NCBI GenBank assembly: GCA_965199715.1
Contig: OZ241322.1
Location: 1,760,001-1,824,000 of the forward strand
Length of the DNA: 64,000 nt
Direction of reading: 5' to 3'
Origin: Vicinamibacteria bacterium
Lineage (GTDB): Bacteria; Acidobacteriota; Vicinamibacteria; Marinacidobacterales; Marinacidobacteraceae
In this document: positions 1 through 9,467 of the stretch, in pieces
Layout: each line of letters starts with the position of its first letter
Position numbering within the stretch: the first letter of the stretch is position 1
Made by a program: the position numbers and the translations under genes
The notes under the pieces: generated by a model
The model's database searches: none
Told to the model about the DNA's origin: nothing
The model's input: the letters and a program-made list of their open reading frames with translations, nothing else

Positions 1-363
1 TACGCGGCCCGCCGGGAAGACGTCAAAGCACAGGCGCGGCTACCCTCTGACCACGGTGGTGCTGACCGACCCGCAAACGCTGTAACATATTCATATACAA
101 TGACTTGCCAAAGACACTACGGCCGTGAATCCCTTGTTGCATCCCTAATTCGAAACGGGAATCTACAGGACAACCCGAAGTATCCGCGGACCCGTGGACC
201 ATTTCCCTCTCTTCGTTCCGAGCGATTCTCCTCAATCGGAGGCGCCAGACTCAAGAATAGGTCCCCAGCGGTCGATGGCCCGGCCGGATTCCCGGTCCGT
301 AGCCCACGCCGAAAATCCAACGGCGGAGTGCCCCCGGCGCACCAGGGTTTGGCGAGCTGGGGT

Positions 364-1200
364 TCACAGACGTGCAAAGAACTCCGGGTTGGGCGTCACA
401 ACCTCCACCGTCTCGGTGCTCACGCCCAGTCTGTGGTCCTTCAGTAGGTCGCAGAGGTCTCGGCCGTCAATCAGGTCGATGGCGGGCGCTCCGTCCCGGA
501 CGGCCTCTCGTTGAGCGTCCTTGGTGAATCCGCCTGTGGTCAAGAACAACTCCTTGTCCGCACGCCCAACCATCGCTCCTCTGAAGTCCCGGATCTCACG
601 CGTGCCGACCGCTCCGGCGTATCGCTTGCATTGAAAGCGAACGTGAAATGAGAGCAGATTGACGCGTAGTACGCCCGCGCCGTCCATGCCGCCGTCGCCC
701 GTCCGGCCGGTCACTTCCACCTTGACGAAGCCCGACTCCCTGAGCACGCGTTGACACAGACGCTCGAACGCATCGGGCGGGATCCGACGAAGAATCACGA
801 GCAGAGAGTCCTTCCAGTCACGCGCGTCCAACGGATCGGGATCTTCACGATCTCGGTCCCGTCGTCGCTCTTGGTATCGCTTCGCACGTTCCTGTCGCAC
901 TCTGTCGCGTACTTCGCCTTCCTGGATGCGCCGTCCGGCCTCCGTAATCGTCCACACCCCTCGCGATGTGTTCTGGACCATACCGATCTGCTTCAAGTTC
1001 GTACGCGCCCATGCTGCCCGATAGTCGACTTCCGAGCCGGGGCCATCGCCATGCTGCACGTTGATGAGTTCGTCGGTTAGCGCCAATTCCCGGGCTACGC
1101 CCTCGGAGAGTTCCTGAATCGTGGCGGAACCACCCCGCCCTCTCAGGACTCGAAGGGTCGGCCACAGCAGGTCATCGTACGTAGGGAGCTTCTGTTCCAT
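364..1200 (-). CDS. mrr: Mrr-family type IV restriction endonuclease (Mrr_N winged helix + Mrr_cat)
   Basis: N-term LPTYDDLLWPTL...YRAAWARTNLK..G....RGVWTIT; catalytic FERLC...TGRTGDGGMDG...FQCKRY...IRDFRGAM...IDLIDG; ATG at 1200. Confidence 0.9.
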   Translation of the reverse strand: MEQKLPTYDDLLWPTLRVLRGRGGSATIQELSEGVARELALTDELINVQHGDGPGSEVDYRAAWARTNLKQIGMVQNTSRGVWTITEAGRRIQEGEVRDRVRQERAKRYQERRRDRDREDPDPLDARDWKDSLLVILRRIPPDAFERLCQRVLRESGFVKVEVTGRTGDGGMDGAGVLRVNLLSFHVRFQCKRYAGAVGTREIRDFRGAMVGRADKELFLTTGGFTKDAQREAVRDGAPAIDLIDGRDLCDLLKDHRLGVSTETVEVVTPNPEFFARL

Positions 1201-1935
1201 CACTTGGTACCCGGCGATAGCGGGCCGCGGCGGGGCGTGAGCGCCGGTGCAGGCGTGGCTCCACTGAAGCAGTGCGTCCATGCGTTGTCCGCGGCGAGAT
1301 CCGTCCGAGGCGTGTCACGCATGTGCTCCACGGTCAGCGCGACCATGGTCGGCGGCGGACTGTACGACCGCGACCACGGCGACGGAGGTGGTCAGCGGCG
1401 CATGCGCCCGTACACACTTCACCCCCCGCGTCAGTGTCCATCGCCGTAAGCGTAAAGCGCATCGCGCCCGGATGCACGGGACGCCACCTACGACCCATGA
1501 TGGGCCGGGCAACACAGGCTGACGGCTGAGGCGTCTCGCCTTCCTGAAGGGCCCCTTTCACGGGCGCGACCGTACGATGGCTCCAAACGGATACGCCGGC
1601 ACGCGCGCGTTTGCGCCGCGCGGGAGCGCGGCGTGGTCACAGACCGCATCGTCGGCCCACACAACATCCGCGCGTGCTCCCGGTGTCAAGGCGCTCGCTG
1701 ACGCTCGCCCCGCCACGGGCGGGCTTCGGCCTGGACACCGGCTCCGCGCGCTACAGGCCGGCAATTGTCCGACGATGCCAGACCTTGACCCCTGCCAGCC
1801 GTGAACCGCGCCAACCTGCGGCCATCGTCGATGCTCTCCCGGCTGCACCGGATCAGCCCCGCGTCGGGTACTCCACACGCTCCGTGCGCCGCGCCGGACC
1901 GTGACTGGATCCAAGGTCTCGAATCACGACCGGAA

Positions 1936-2080
1936 TCACACCTCGGCGGCCCAGTCCCGGAACGAGGACCGGAAGCCATGGGGAACGGCCGGGACCCGCT
2001 GACGCTCCAGCAGCCGCCGGAGCACCTTCTCATCGAGCGGTTTACCGTCGCCGGCCGGGAACACCAGCGGGCCGGGGTTG
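1936..2080 (-). pseudogene. Tyrosine integrase (P4-like) C-terminal remnant
   Basis: LVFPAGDGKPL...VPHGFRSSFRDWAAE then stop; no N-terminus and no catalytic Tyr segment. Confidence 0.8.
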
Positions 2081-2214
2081 TGTCGCCGAGGGTCCGCGCC
2101 GCGTCGAGAACCTCCAGCAGCTCGGAAAGCGTTTTGGGAGGCGAAATTCCAGCCTTGGTGCGTCAATATTGGACGCATGAACCCCGTAGTGCCGGGCGGT
2201 CGGCCCCGGTGGGC

Positions 2215-3879
2215 CTAGTCGTTCGCGGTGGCGTCCGCGGCCGGCGGGTCGCCCAGGAGTCCGGCGAAGGCGTAGAGGAACGTCGCGATGGACTTCTCTC
2301 CCCCGGCCATGCCGTACACCTCGCCGGCGCCCTCGATGACCCAGAACTCGTTCGCCGCGTGGGCGCCGCCGCCGTGGCCGGCCGCGCCGCCGACGATCGG
2401 CATGGCGAGATCGGTTCCCTCCTCGAAGTCGGCGTCTCGGCCGCTGAAGAGGTAGGCGGGCCAGTAGCCGCCGAGGATCGTCTCGTGCTCCATCGGCGTT
2501 CCGTGGCGGATTCCGAATACGTCGTAGGTGCGCAGCAGCGCGTCGGCGGCCTCGTTGTCGTAGCTGCTCTTGGACCACGGCACGTCGCCCACGATGGTCA
2601 GCTCCACGTCCTCGTATCCCTCGGCGTCGAGGTAGTCGCGGATCTTCTGGACCATCTCCAGCCCGTCCATGCCCGGCACGTAGCGCATGTTGTGCTTCGA
2701 CGTGATCCGGTTCGGCAGGATCGCCCCCGCGCCGCCCGGATACATGTTGCCGGCCCAAATCCCGTCCATGTTGAAGGAGATCCCGTAGCGGGCGCTCTTG
2801 ATGTACGTCAGCGGGTCGTCGCTGATGAAGCGGGCGACGCCGATGTTCTCGGCGGCGACGGCCATGTCGATGTTCTCGGCGGACCGCCGGAACATGGCCT
2901 CCTCGGCCTCGCTGAGCGGCTGGGGCCCGTCGTAGAAGCCCGGAACCAGCACGGTGTTGCCGTCATCCGAGATGAGGGACGAGAGCATCTTGACGTGGCG
3001 CAGCGCCGGCGCGTCAGTGGAGCGCTTGTGGGCGCCGTGGATGTCCGAGACCGTCGGCCCCCGCCCCCAGCTCTCGCCGCTCGTCGTCAACTCGATATAG
3101 ACGCAGCCCTCCGAGCCGCCCGAGACTCCGGCGGCCCCGCTGCGGGACTGGCTGCCGAACCGGTACATGGCGTCGGCGTGGCGGAAGAGTTCGGGGTTCT
3201 CCCGCACGAACTGCCGCAGGCCGATCGACATCCGCTCCTCGTCGCCCTCGGCGATGAAGATCAGGTTCACCGGCATCGTTCCGGTGACCTCGTAAATCGA
3301 GTGCATCGCGTTCCACTGGACCATCTGCGGACCCTTGGAGTTCGTCGCGCCCCGTCCGATCATCACTTTCTTGAAGGGGCCGAACTCGGTGAACTCGCCC
3401 TCGAAGGGCGGCAGGTTCCACGCCTCCGGCTGGGTGACCGGCATCGTGTCGTACATCCAGTAGATGAGCAGCGTCTTCTCGGCGCCGTAGTCGCAATCGG
3501 CGTACACCACGGGGTTCCCCGGCTGCCCCCACTCGGTCATCGGGATGTCGTGGACCTGCGAGACCTGGCAGCCGAGCTGGTCGAAGAAGCCCTTGACCAT
3601 CTCGGCGGACTCCTGGATGCCTTCGCCGGAGTTCGAGATGCTGGGCTGCTGGATCCAGCGGCGCAGGTTCATGACGTGGTCGTCGATGTTGTCGTCGATG
3701 TACTGGAACACCTGCTGGAGCTCGTCGGGGACCTGGGCGAGGTCCGGGGAGAGCGTGGTGTCGCCGTCGGCCCGGACGCCGAGCTCGGCCGCGGGAGCCG
3801 TCGGCGGCGCTTCGGGCATGCCGCCGCCGCACGCGGCGAACGTCAGCGAGAGCAGGGACATCGAGAGAAGAACGCGCAT
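2215..3879 (-). CDS. M20/M25/M40 family metallo-hydrolase, predicted lipoprotein
   Basis: Lipobox-type signal FAAC; PSIS, GNPVVYA, YDTMP, GRGA..KG, EGDEE, HSG-like DIHG, GAHAANE; SD AGGAGG upstream of ATG 3879. Confidence 0.85.
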   Translation of the reverse strand: MRVLLSMSLLSLTFAACGGGMPEAPPTAPAAELGVRADGDTTLSPDLAQVPDELQQVFQYIDDNIDDHVMNLRRWIQQPSISNSGEGIQESAEMVKGFFDQLGCQVSQVHDIPMTEWGQPGNPVVYADCDYGAEKTLLIYWMYDTMPVTQPEAWNLPPFEGEFTEFGPFKKVMIGRGATNSKGPQMVQWNAMHSIYEVTGTMPVNLIFIAEGDEERMSIGLRQFVRENPELFRHADAMYRFGSQSRSGAAGVSGGSEGCVYIELTTSGESWGRGPTVSDIHGAHKRSTDAPALRHVKMLSSLISDDGNTVLVPGFYDGPQPLSEAEEAMFRRSAENIDMAVAAENIGVARFISDDPLTYIKSARYGISFNMDGIWAGNMYPGGAGAILPNRITSKHNMRYVPGMDGLEMVQKIRDYLDAEGYEDVELTIVGDVPWSKSSYDNEAADALLRTYDVFGIRHGTPMEHETILGGYWPAYLFSGRDADFEEGTDLAMPIVGGAAGHGGGAHAANEFWVIEGAGEVYGMAGGEKSIATFLYAFAGLLGDPPAADATAND

Positions 3880-3906
3880 GAACGGAGGCCTCCTGGGCGA
3901 CCCCGG

Positions 3907-3936
3907 AGAGTACGCCCGCTTCCGCCGACCTGTCAA
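3907..3936 (-). promoter_or_regulatory. Sigma70-type promoter for the M20 gene
   Basis: TTGACA-18 nt-TACTCT on the minus strand. Confidence 0.6.
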
Positions 3937-4079
3937 AGGACGGTACGGGCCCAAGGGATTTGGCGAGCAGGGACGGAGAGGTCGCTGCCGCGGACGCTCC
4001 AAGGGGAACGGGCACCCGGTGGCGGGTCGGTCTGGGCCGGCGAGCTCCCCAGCGGCGTGGACGGCGGCAGCCAGTCCGC

Positions 4080-4241
4080 CCGCGGGGTCGCCTCCTCGGC
4101 CAGGACCGCGAGCGGAGTCCGGTTCCCGAGCGCCCGGCGGGGCCGCACCGTGTCACCCCGGTTCAGCCAGTCCGCCAGCCGCCGGTTGAATTCCGCGAGG
4201 CCCACTCCGCCGGGGACCCCCCGGGCATGATGGCGGTGCAC
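4080..4241 (-). pseudogene. Transposase C-terminal remnant (IS481/IS3-like integrase core end)
   Basis: LAEFNRRLADWLNRGDTVRPRRALGNRTP resembles the YN..RPH.ALG..TP motif. Confidence 0.6.
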
Positions 4242-4319
4242 GGGCTCAAGGGACTTGGCGGTCGGGAACCTCGAGGATGGACGGCGAGACGCCGGCCGGG
4301 GGCCCGAAAGGCGGGCTCG

Positions 4320-4516
4320 ACCCCGGCCCCGCCGCGGCGAACTGGCGTTGTTCGTCTATGGGTTCGTCCAGAGCAGCCGAGAGAATCTGCGCGGAGACGA
4401 GTTGCAGACCCGCCGAAGACTGGCCGACGAGCATTTGGCTCTGGATCCGTCTAGCCCGACGGCGGCACAGGCCGTTGGAGCGATCATTTGGGGTGATGCG
4501 CCATGACAAGGCAGTA
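4320..4516 (+). pseudogene. RelE/ParE-type toxin C-terminal relic plus first codons of a cognate antitoxin
   Basis: ALFVYGFVQSSRENLRGDEL...LADEHLAL resembles the FVYGFAKNERDNI..DEL motif; overlapping ATG 4503 (MTRQY) is cut by the IS3 end at 4517. Confidence 0.55.
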
Positions 4517-4599
4517 TGAGCTTGCCCCGCTTTCGTGGACAGTTCGCTGTTTTCGGATCGGCGGCGAGCGCCCTCGCGCGGCGTCCGCCGGACTGCGTT

Positions 4600-5330
4600 C
4601 ACGTTCGCTCCTCGAAGCTCCGTTCGTACGCCGCCGGGGCCTCGCACTTCAGCGCCGAGCGCCGCCATCGCGTTGTCGCAGCAGTCCCCCGCCGACCCCA
4701 TCGACCGTCGCGCTCCCGCCCGCCGCCACGCCGCCCCGAACTCCAGCGACGCGTACGGGCTCCCCCGGGCCGAGTGATGGACCACCCCCTCCGGGCGCCG
4801 CCGCTCCACCGCCATCCTCGGCGCCTTCACCACCAGCGACGAAAACAGCCGCAAGCTCATCCACCAACCCACCACCCGCTGACTGAACGCGTCCACGACC
4901 ACGGCCAGGCGCACCGTCCGCGCCTTCGTGGGGACGTACGTCACGTCCGCGACCCACAGCCGGTTCGGCGCTTCCGCCCGGAAGTCCCGCTCCACGAGGT
5001 CCGGCGCCGGGCGCGAGCCCGCCGCCCGGATCGTCGTCGGGAGCCCCGCTTCCGCCGCGACGCTCCCTGAACGCCCAGCCTCCGCATCAACCGCGCGATC
5101 CGCTTCCGGCTCGCCCGCTCTCCCCGCGAGCGAAGCTCCGCCCGAACCCGCGGGGCGCCGTACGCCTCCCGGCTCTCCTCGTGGATCGCCCGGACCGCCT
5201 CCATCAGCGCCGCGTCCGCCCGCTCCCGCGAGGACGGCTCGCGCCCCAGCCACGCGTAGCGCCCGCTCCTCGAGACCTTCAGGACGCGGGCCGTCATGGC
5301 GATCGGACACTCGGCCCGGTGCGCCTTCAT
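4600..5330 (-). pseudogene. IS3 OrfB transposase (rve), frameshifted and truncated
   Basis: VSRSG.YAW, YGAPRV, then a frame change near 5050 to DLVERDF.A.APNRLWVADVTY...HHS.RGS.Y...DNAMA; C-terminus lost. Confidence 0.85.
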
Positions 5331-5647
5331 GAACCTCCACCCTCGGAGACGGTCTCCCGGGCGAACCAGGCCGCCGCTTTTCCCGGGATCTCCCGCTCGC
5401 GCTTGAGGCGGACGTTCTCCTGACGCGGCCGGTGCATCTTCTCGCGCTCCGGCCGACTCCAGCCGTCGGCGTCGGCTCCCTCGGCCAAGTCCGCGGCCCG
5501 CCGCCAGTTCCGGATCGTCGCGGCGGTAGGCTCGAACTCCCGCGCCGGGTCCTCCGGACTCCGGCCCGAGCGCGCCAGCTCAACCAGCCGCGCTCGGCGC
5601 TCCGAAGCGTACCGCTGCGGACGCTTCCGCTTCTTCTTGGTCATCAT
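5327..5647 (-). CDS. IS3 OrfA (HTH)
   Basis: RYASERRARLVELARSGRS..D.AREFEPT..TIRNW...LKREREI..KAAAWFARE. Confidence 0.85.
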   Translation of the reverse strand: MMTKKKRKRPQRYASERRARLVELARSGRSPEDPAREFEPTAATIRNWRRAADLAEGADADGWSRPEREKMHRPRQENVRLKREREIPGKAAAWFARETVSEGGGS

Positions 5648-5838
5648 CGTGGACGCCCTCCTCGCTAGAGGTCAGGCGTCCACGAAACCGGGGCAACTCC
5701 AATTCACGCACCTTCAGCGTGCCGCCGAGCGGGGACTTCGAGTCGCCGCCCAGTATCTCGCCGCGCGGGCGAGGAAGCGACGATCGGCGCGCGCTTGATT
5801 GGGCGGGGCCTGGCGGCAGTACCATCGCTCGTCGCGCC

Positions 5839-6951
5839 GTGACCCCTGAAGCTGACTGGACCGACGACGTCCGGCCCGCCGCGCCGGCGGACGCGAGGAC
5901 GTTGCCGGCGCGGTACTACGTGGATCCCGCCGTGTTCGCGCTGGAGGAGGAGCGGATCCACCGGGCCATGTGGACGGCCGTGTGCCCCTCCTCTGATTTG
6001 GCCGAGCCCGGCGACTACCGGCTCGTCGAGATCGCCGGGGACTCGCTCGTCGTGGTTCGGGGCGCGGACGGCGCGGTGCGCGCCCATCACAACGTCTGCC
6101 GGCACCGGGGCACGCGGCTGCTCGACTGCGACGCCGGCCGCCTGCCGGGCGCGATCCAGTGTCCGTACCACGCCTGGACCTACGATCTCGGCGGGCGGCT
6201 GCTTCGGGCGCCGCACATGGATCGCGTTCCCGGATTCTCGGCGGACGACTGGCCGCTCGCGTCCGCGGCGTGCGAGGAGTGGGGCGGGATCGTCTTCGTC
6301 CGCGTCGCCGACTCCGGCCCGACGCTCCTCGAGCAGCTCGGCCCGGCCGCCGCCCGGGTCGCGCCGTACCGCCTCGAGTCGCTCGTCAGCGTCCACACCG
6401 AGCGCTACGACCTCTGCGCCAACTGGAAGCTCGTCGTCCAGAATTTCTCCGAGTGCCTCCACTGCCCGGTGATCCACCCGCAGCTCCAGCGCCTGTCGCA
6501 TTACCTCAGCGGCGACAACCACCCGGTCACGCCGGGCGCGGTCGGCTCCACGATGAACCTCGCCGAGGGGGTCGAGACGCTCTCGACCGACGGGCGCCTC
6601 GTGGGGGAGCCGCTGCCGTCGGCGCCCGCGGGCCGGATCGGCTACGAGATCCTGCTTCCGAGCGTGATGCTGTGCCTGCATCCCGACTACGCGGCGCGCT
6701 TCCTGATGCGTGCGCTCGCGGTCAATCGGACGGAGATCCGCTGCGACTGGCTGTTCGCTGGTTCCGACATCGATCCTTCGCGGGCCGTCGAGTTCTGGCA
6801 CGAGACGAACCTCCAGGACTGGCGCGTCTCCGAGCTGGCCCAGCGCGGGATCGCGTCCTCGGCGTACCGGCCGGGGCCGTACTCGAACCGGGAAGACCAG
6901 CTCTGGGCGATCGACCGCCTCGTGCTGGATCGGCTCGGGGAGTCCGGTTGA
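5839..6951 (+). CDS. Rieske aromatic ring-hydroxylating oxygenase alpha subunit (GbcA/choline monooxygenase-like)
   Basis: CRHRG...CPYHAWTY Rieske motif; NWKL..NF.ECLHC..IHP mononuclear Fe motif; QDW..SE..Q.G..S..Y.PGPY; start estimated at GTG 5839. Confidence 0.9.
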   Translation: MTPEADWTDDVRPAAPADARTLPARYYVDPAVFALEEERIHRAMWTAVCPSSDLAEPGDYRLVEIAGDSLVVVRGADGAVRAHHNVCRHRGTRLLDCDAGRLPGAIQCPYHAWTYDLGGRLLRAPHMDRVPGFSADDWPLASAACEEWGGIVFVRVADSGPTLLEQLGPAAARVAPYRLESLVSVHTERYDLCANWKLVVQNFSECLHCPVIHPQLQRLSHYLSGDNHPVTPGAVGSTMNLAEGVETLSTDGRLVGEPLPSAPAGRIGYEILLPSVMLCLHPDYAARFLMRALAVNRTEIRCDWLFAGSDIDPSRAVEFWHETNLQDWRVSELAQRGIASSAYRPGPYSNREDQLWAIDRLVLDRLGESG

Positions 6952-6985
6952 CGGGGGCGAGGGGCCGCACCACAATCCACTCGCC

Positions 6986-7231
6986 ATGAGACTGGCCGCG
7001 CTGGTTGCGCTCGCGCTGCTGTTCGTCGCGGGCGGCCCTCACTTCCACGAGGAGCCCGAGGGGCAGGTCGAGACCTGCGTCCTCTGCCACGGACTCGACG
7101 CGACCCCGGCCGCTTCCGCCCATGCGGAAGGGCCGCATCCGGTCGCCGCCCCGATCTCCCCGCCGGCCGCGCTCGAGCGCCCGGCCGAGGCTCCGCGCTT
7201 CGGTCCGGGTCCCCGCGCTCCGCCCGCCTGA
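6986..7231 (+). CDS. Small exported DUF2946-like protein / candidate ribosome-arrest leader peptide (CxxC + C-terminal RAPP)
   Basis: 81 aa: hydrophobic signal, HFH, CVLCH, Pro-rich linker, ends GPRAPPA*. Confidence 0.75.
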   Translation: MRLAALVALALLFVAGGPHFHEEPEGQVETCVLCHGLDATPAASAHAEGPHPVAAPISPPAALERPAEAPRFGPGPRAPPA

Positions 7232-7307
7232 CTCGACGATCCCGTTTTTCGTCGTCGCGCCGGCGCCCGCTTCGCGCCGGCGCTCCCCCTTCCGGGAGGA
7301 GAGTCCC

Positions 7308-8060
7308 ATGTCCAACCAGGCCGAATCCAACGGCCGCGCCCCCATCCTCGAGGCCCAGTCGCTCCACAAGCGGTACGGCGACCTCGAGGCCGTCTCCGGT
7401 CTCGATCTCGCGGTCCGCTCCGGCGAGATCTACTGCCTGCTCGGCCCGAACGGCGCCGGCAAGACCACCACCATCCACCTCTTCCTCGGGTTCCACGAGC
7501 CCAGCGCCGGCAGCGTCCGGGTCTCCGGATTCGACGTGGCCGCCGACGCGCTCGAGGCCCGTCGCCGACTCGCCTACGTGCCTGAGCAGGTGATGCTCTA
7601 CCGCAACCTGAGCGGGCTGGAGAACCTGAGGTACTTCGCCGCGCTCGGCGGGCGCGACGCGCTCTCCACCGTGGAGCTCACCGCGATCCTCGTCGACGTC
7701 GGCCTGCCGACGGGCGCCGCCCTGCGCCGGGTCGGCGAGTACTCGAAGGGCATGCGGCAGAAGGTAGGCATCGCCATCGCCGTGGCGAAGCGGGCCGGCG
7801 CGCTGCTGCTCGACGAGCCCACCTCGGGCCTCGACCCCAAGGCGTCGCGCGAGTTCGCCGAACTCATCGAGAAGCTGCGCGACCGGGGCGTGGCGGTGCT
7901 GATGGCGACGCACGACCTGTTCCGGGCCAAGGAGCTCGGAACGCGGATCGGCATCATGCGCCGGGGCCGCCTCGCGACCGAACTCAGCGCCGCCGAGGTC
8001 GGCCACGCCGATCTCGAGCGCATCTACCTCGACAACATGCGCGAGGAGGCGACCGCATGA
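7308..8060 (+). CDS. ABC transporter ATP-binding protein
   Basis: GPNGAGKTT, YSKGMRQ, LLLDEP, THD; SD GGAGGAG. Confidence 0.95.
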   Translation: MSNQAESNGRAPILEAQSLHKRYGDLEAVSGLDLAVRSGEIYCLLGPNGAGKTTTIHLFLGFHEPSAGSVRVSGFDVAADALEARRRLAYVPEQVMLYRNLSGLENLRYFAALGGRDALSTVELTAILVDVGLPTGAALRRVGEYSKGMRQKVGIAIAVAKRAGALLLDEPTSGLDPKASREFAELIEKLRDRGVAVLMATHDLFRAKELGTRIGIMRRGRLATELSAAEVGHADLERIYLDNMREEATA

Positions 8061-9466
8061 TCCGTCACATCGTCAAGAAGGAGTTCACCGATTTCCTCCG
8101 CGACGGGCGCTTCCGCTGGTGCGCCGCGATCGTCGGGGCCTTGCTTCTGGTCTCGCTCGGAAGCGGGTTCGTCGAGACCCGCCGCGCCGAGCGGGCGCAC
8201 TCGGCGGCGCGGGAGACCGCCCGCGAGCACTGGGAGTCGCAGGGCGAGAAGAACCCCCACTCCGCCGCCCACTACGGGATCTACGCGTTCAAGCCGCGGC
8301 TGCCGCTGTCGTTCCTCGACCGGGGGGTCGATCCCTACGCCGGCACTTCGGTCTGGCTGGAGGCCCACCGCCAGAACGACTTCCTGATGCGCCCGGCCCA
8401 GGACGCGACCGCCGGCCAGCGCCTCGGGGCGCTGACCGCGGCGCAGGTGCTCCAGATCCTCGTGCCGCTGCTCATCATCCTGCTGGCGTTCGGCGCGCTC
8501 GCCGGCGAACGCGAGCAGGGCACGCTGCGGCAGGTCCTGGCGACCGGGATCTCGCGACGCGACCTGGCGCTCGGGAAGGCGATCGGGGTCGCCGGCGCGC
8601 TCGCGCTCCTCGTCTTCCCGGCCGCCGTCCTCGGAGCCGCGGCGATCGCGATCGGAAGCCCGGGACCCGCGGCGCCGGTCTTGACGCGGGGCGCCGTGCT
8701 CGCGCTCGCCTACGCGGCGTACTTCGGAGTCTTCGTCGCGCTCGCGCTCGCGGTCTCGGCGTGGGCTCGCTCCGCTCGGGCCGCGCTGGTCGCGCTTCTC
8801 GGGGTCTGGGCCGTGAACGGCCTCGTCGCGCCGCGGGTCGCGGTGGACCTGTCCAAGCGGATCCACCCCACTCCGTCGGCGGTCGAGTTTGCCCGGACGA
8901 TGGAGCTGGAGATGGCGACCGGCGTCCCCGGGGTCGATAAGCCCGACCGCGACGCCGTCACCGCGCGTCTTCTGGCCGAGCACGGCGCCGAGACGGTGGA
9001 CGAGCTGCCGCTGAACGTCATCGGCGTGTACCTGCAGGAGAGCGAGGAATTCGCGAACCGGATCTTCGATCGGAACTACGGGGCGCTTTGGGACCGGTTC
9101 GAGCGGCAGGGGACGGTGCACGAGGCGCTGTCGATCGCCGCTCCGCTGCTCGCGATCCGGACGCTGTCGATGGGGCTCTCCGGAACCGACGTGGAGCAGC
9201 ACCGGCACTTCGCGACCGCGGCGGAGACCTACCGGCGAGACCTGATGCGCGACATGAACGGCGACCTCGCGCAGAACTCGCGGACCGGGGACATGTACCT
9301 CGCCTCGGCGGACCGCTGGGCCGAGACGCCGCCATTCCACTACGACGCGCCCACTCTCGGCTGGGTGCTCGGCAACCGGTCGCTCTCGCTCTCGCTCCTC
9401 GGGGTCTGGCTGCTGGGCGCGATCCTCCTCGCCGGGGCGCTCGTCCGGCGGACGGCGGTGGCCTGA
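8057..9466 (+). CDS. ABC transporter permease (DUF3526-like)
   Basis: KNPHSAAHYG, EAH.QN, GEREQGTL, several TM helices; ATGA coupling. Confidence 0.85.
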   Translation: MIRHIVKKEFTDFLRDGRFRWCAAIVGALLLVSLGSGFVETRRAERAHSAARETAREHWESQGEKNPHSAAHYGIYAFKPRLPLSFLDRGVDPYAGTSVWLEAHRQNDFLMRPAQDATAGQRLGALTAAQVLQILVPLLIILLAFGALAGEREQGTLRQVLATGISRRDLALGKAIGVAGALALLVFPAAVLGAAAIAIGSPGPAAPVLTRGAVLALAYAAYFGVFVALALAVSAWARSARAALVALLGVWAVNGLVAPRVAVDLSKRIHPTPSAVEFARTMELEMATGVPGVDKPDRDAVTARLLAEHGAETVDELPLNVIGVYLQESEEFANRIFDRNYGALWDRFERQGTVHEALSIAAPLLAIRTLSMGLSGTDVEQHRHFATAAETYRRDLMRDMNGDLAQNSRTGDMYLASADRWAETPPFHYDAPTLGWVLGNRSLSLSLLGVWLLGAILLAGALVRRTAVA

Positions 9467-9467
9467 C

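Larger units (their letters stand above)
4517..5701 (-). mobile_element. IS3-family insertion sequence, degenerate
   Basis: Terminal inverted repeats TGAGCTTGCCCCGCTTTCGTGGAC / TGGAGTTGCCCCGGTTTCGTGGAC; orfA + orfB; no clear target duplication. Confidence 0.9.

Noticed and set aside
79-108. dif (XerCD) site
   Set aside because: Only a partial XerD-like arm; XerC arm and spacing do not fit
5702-5750. REP-like palindromes beside the IS3 end
   Set aside because: Short GC stems with no second copy seen in the window
7077-7091. CVLCH as a cytochrome c heme site
   Set aside because: The protein is too short and Pro-rich, with no cytochrome fold or distal Met; a DUF2946-like CxxC reading fits better, though heme binding is not formally excluded
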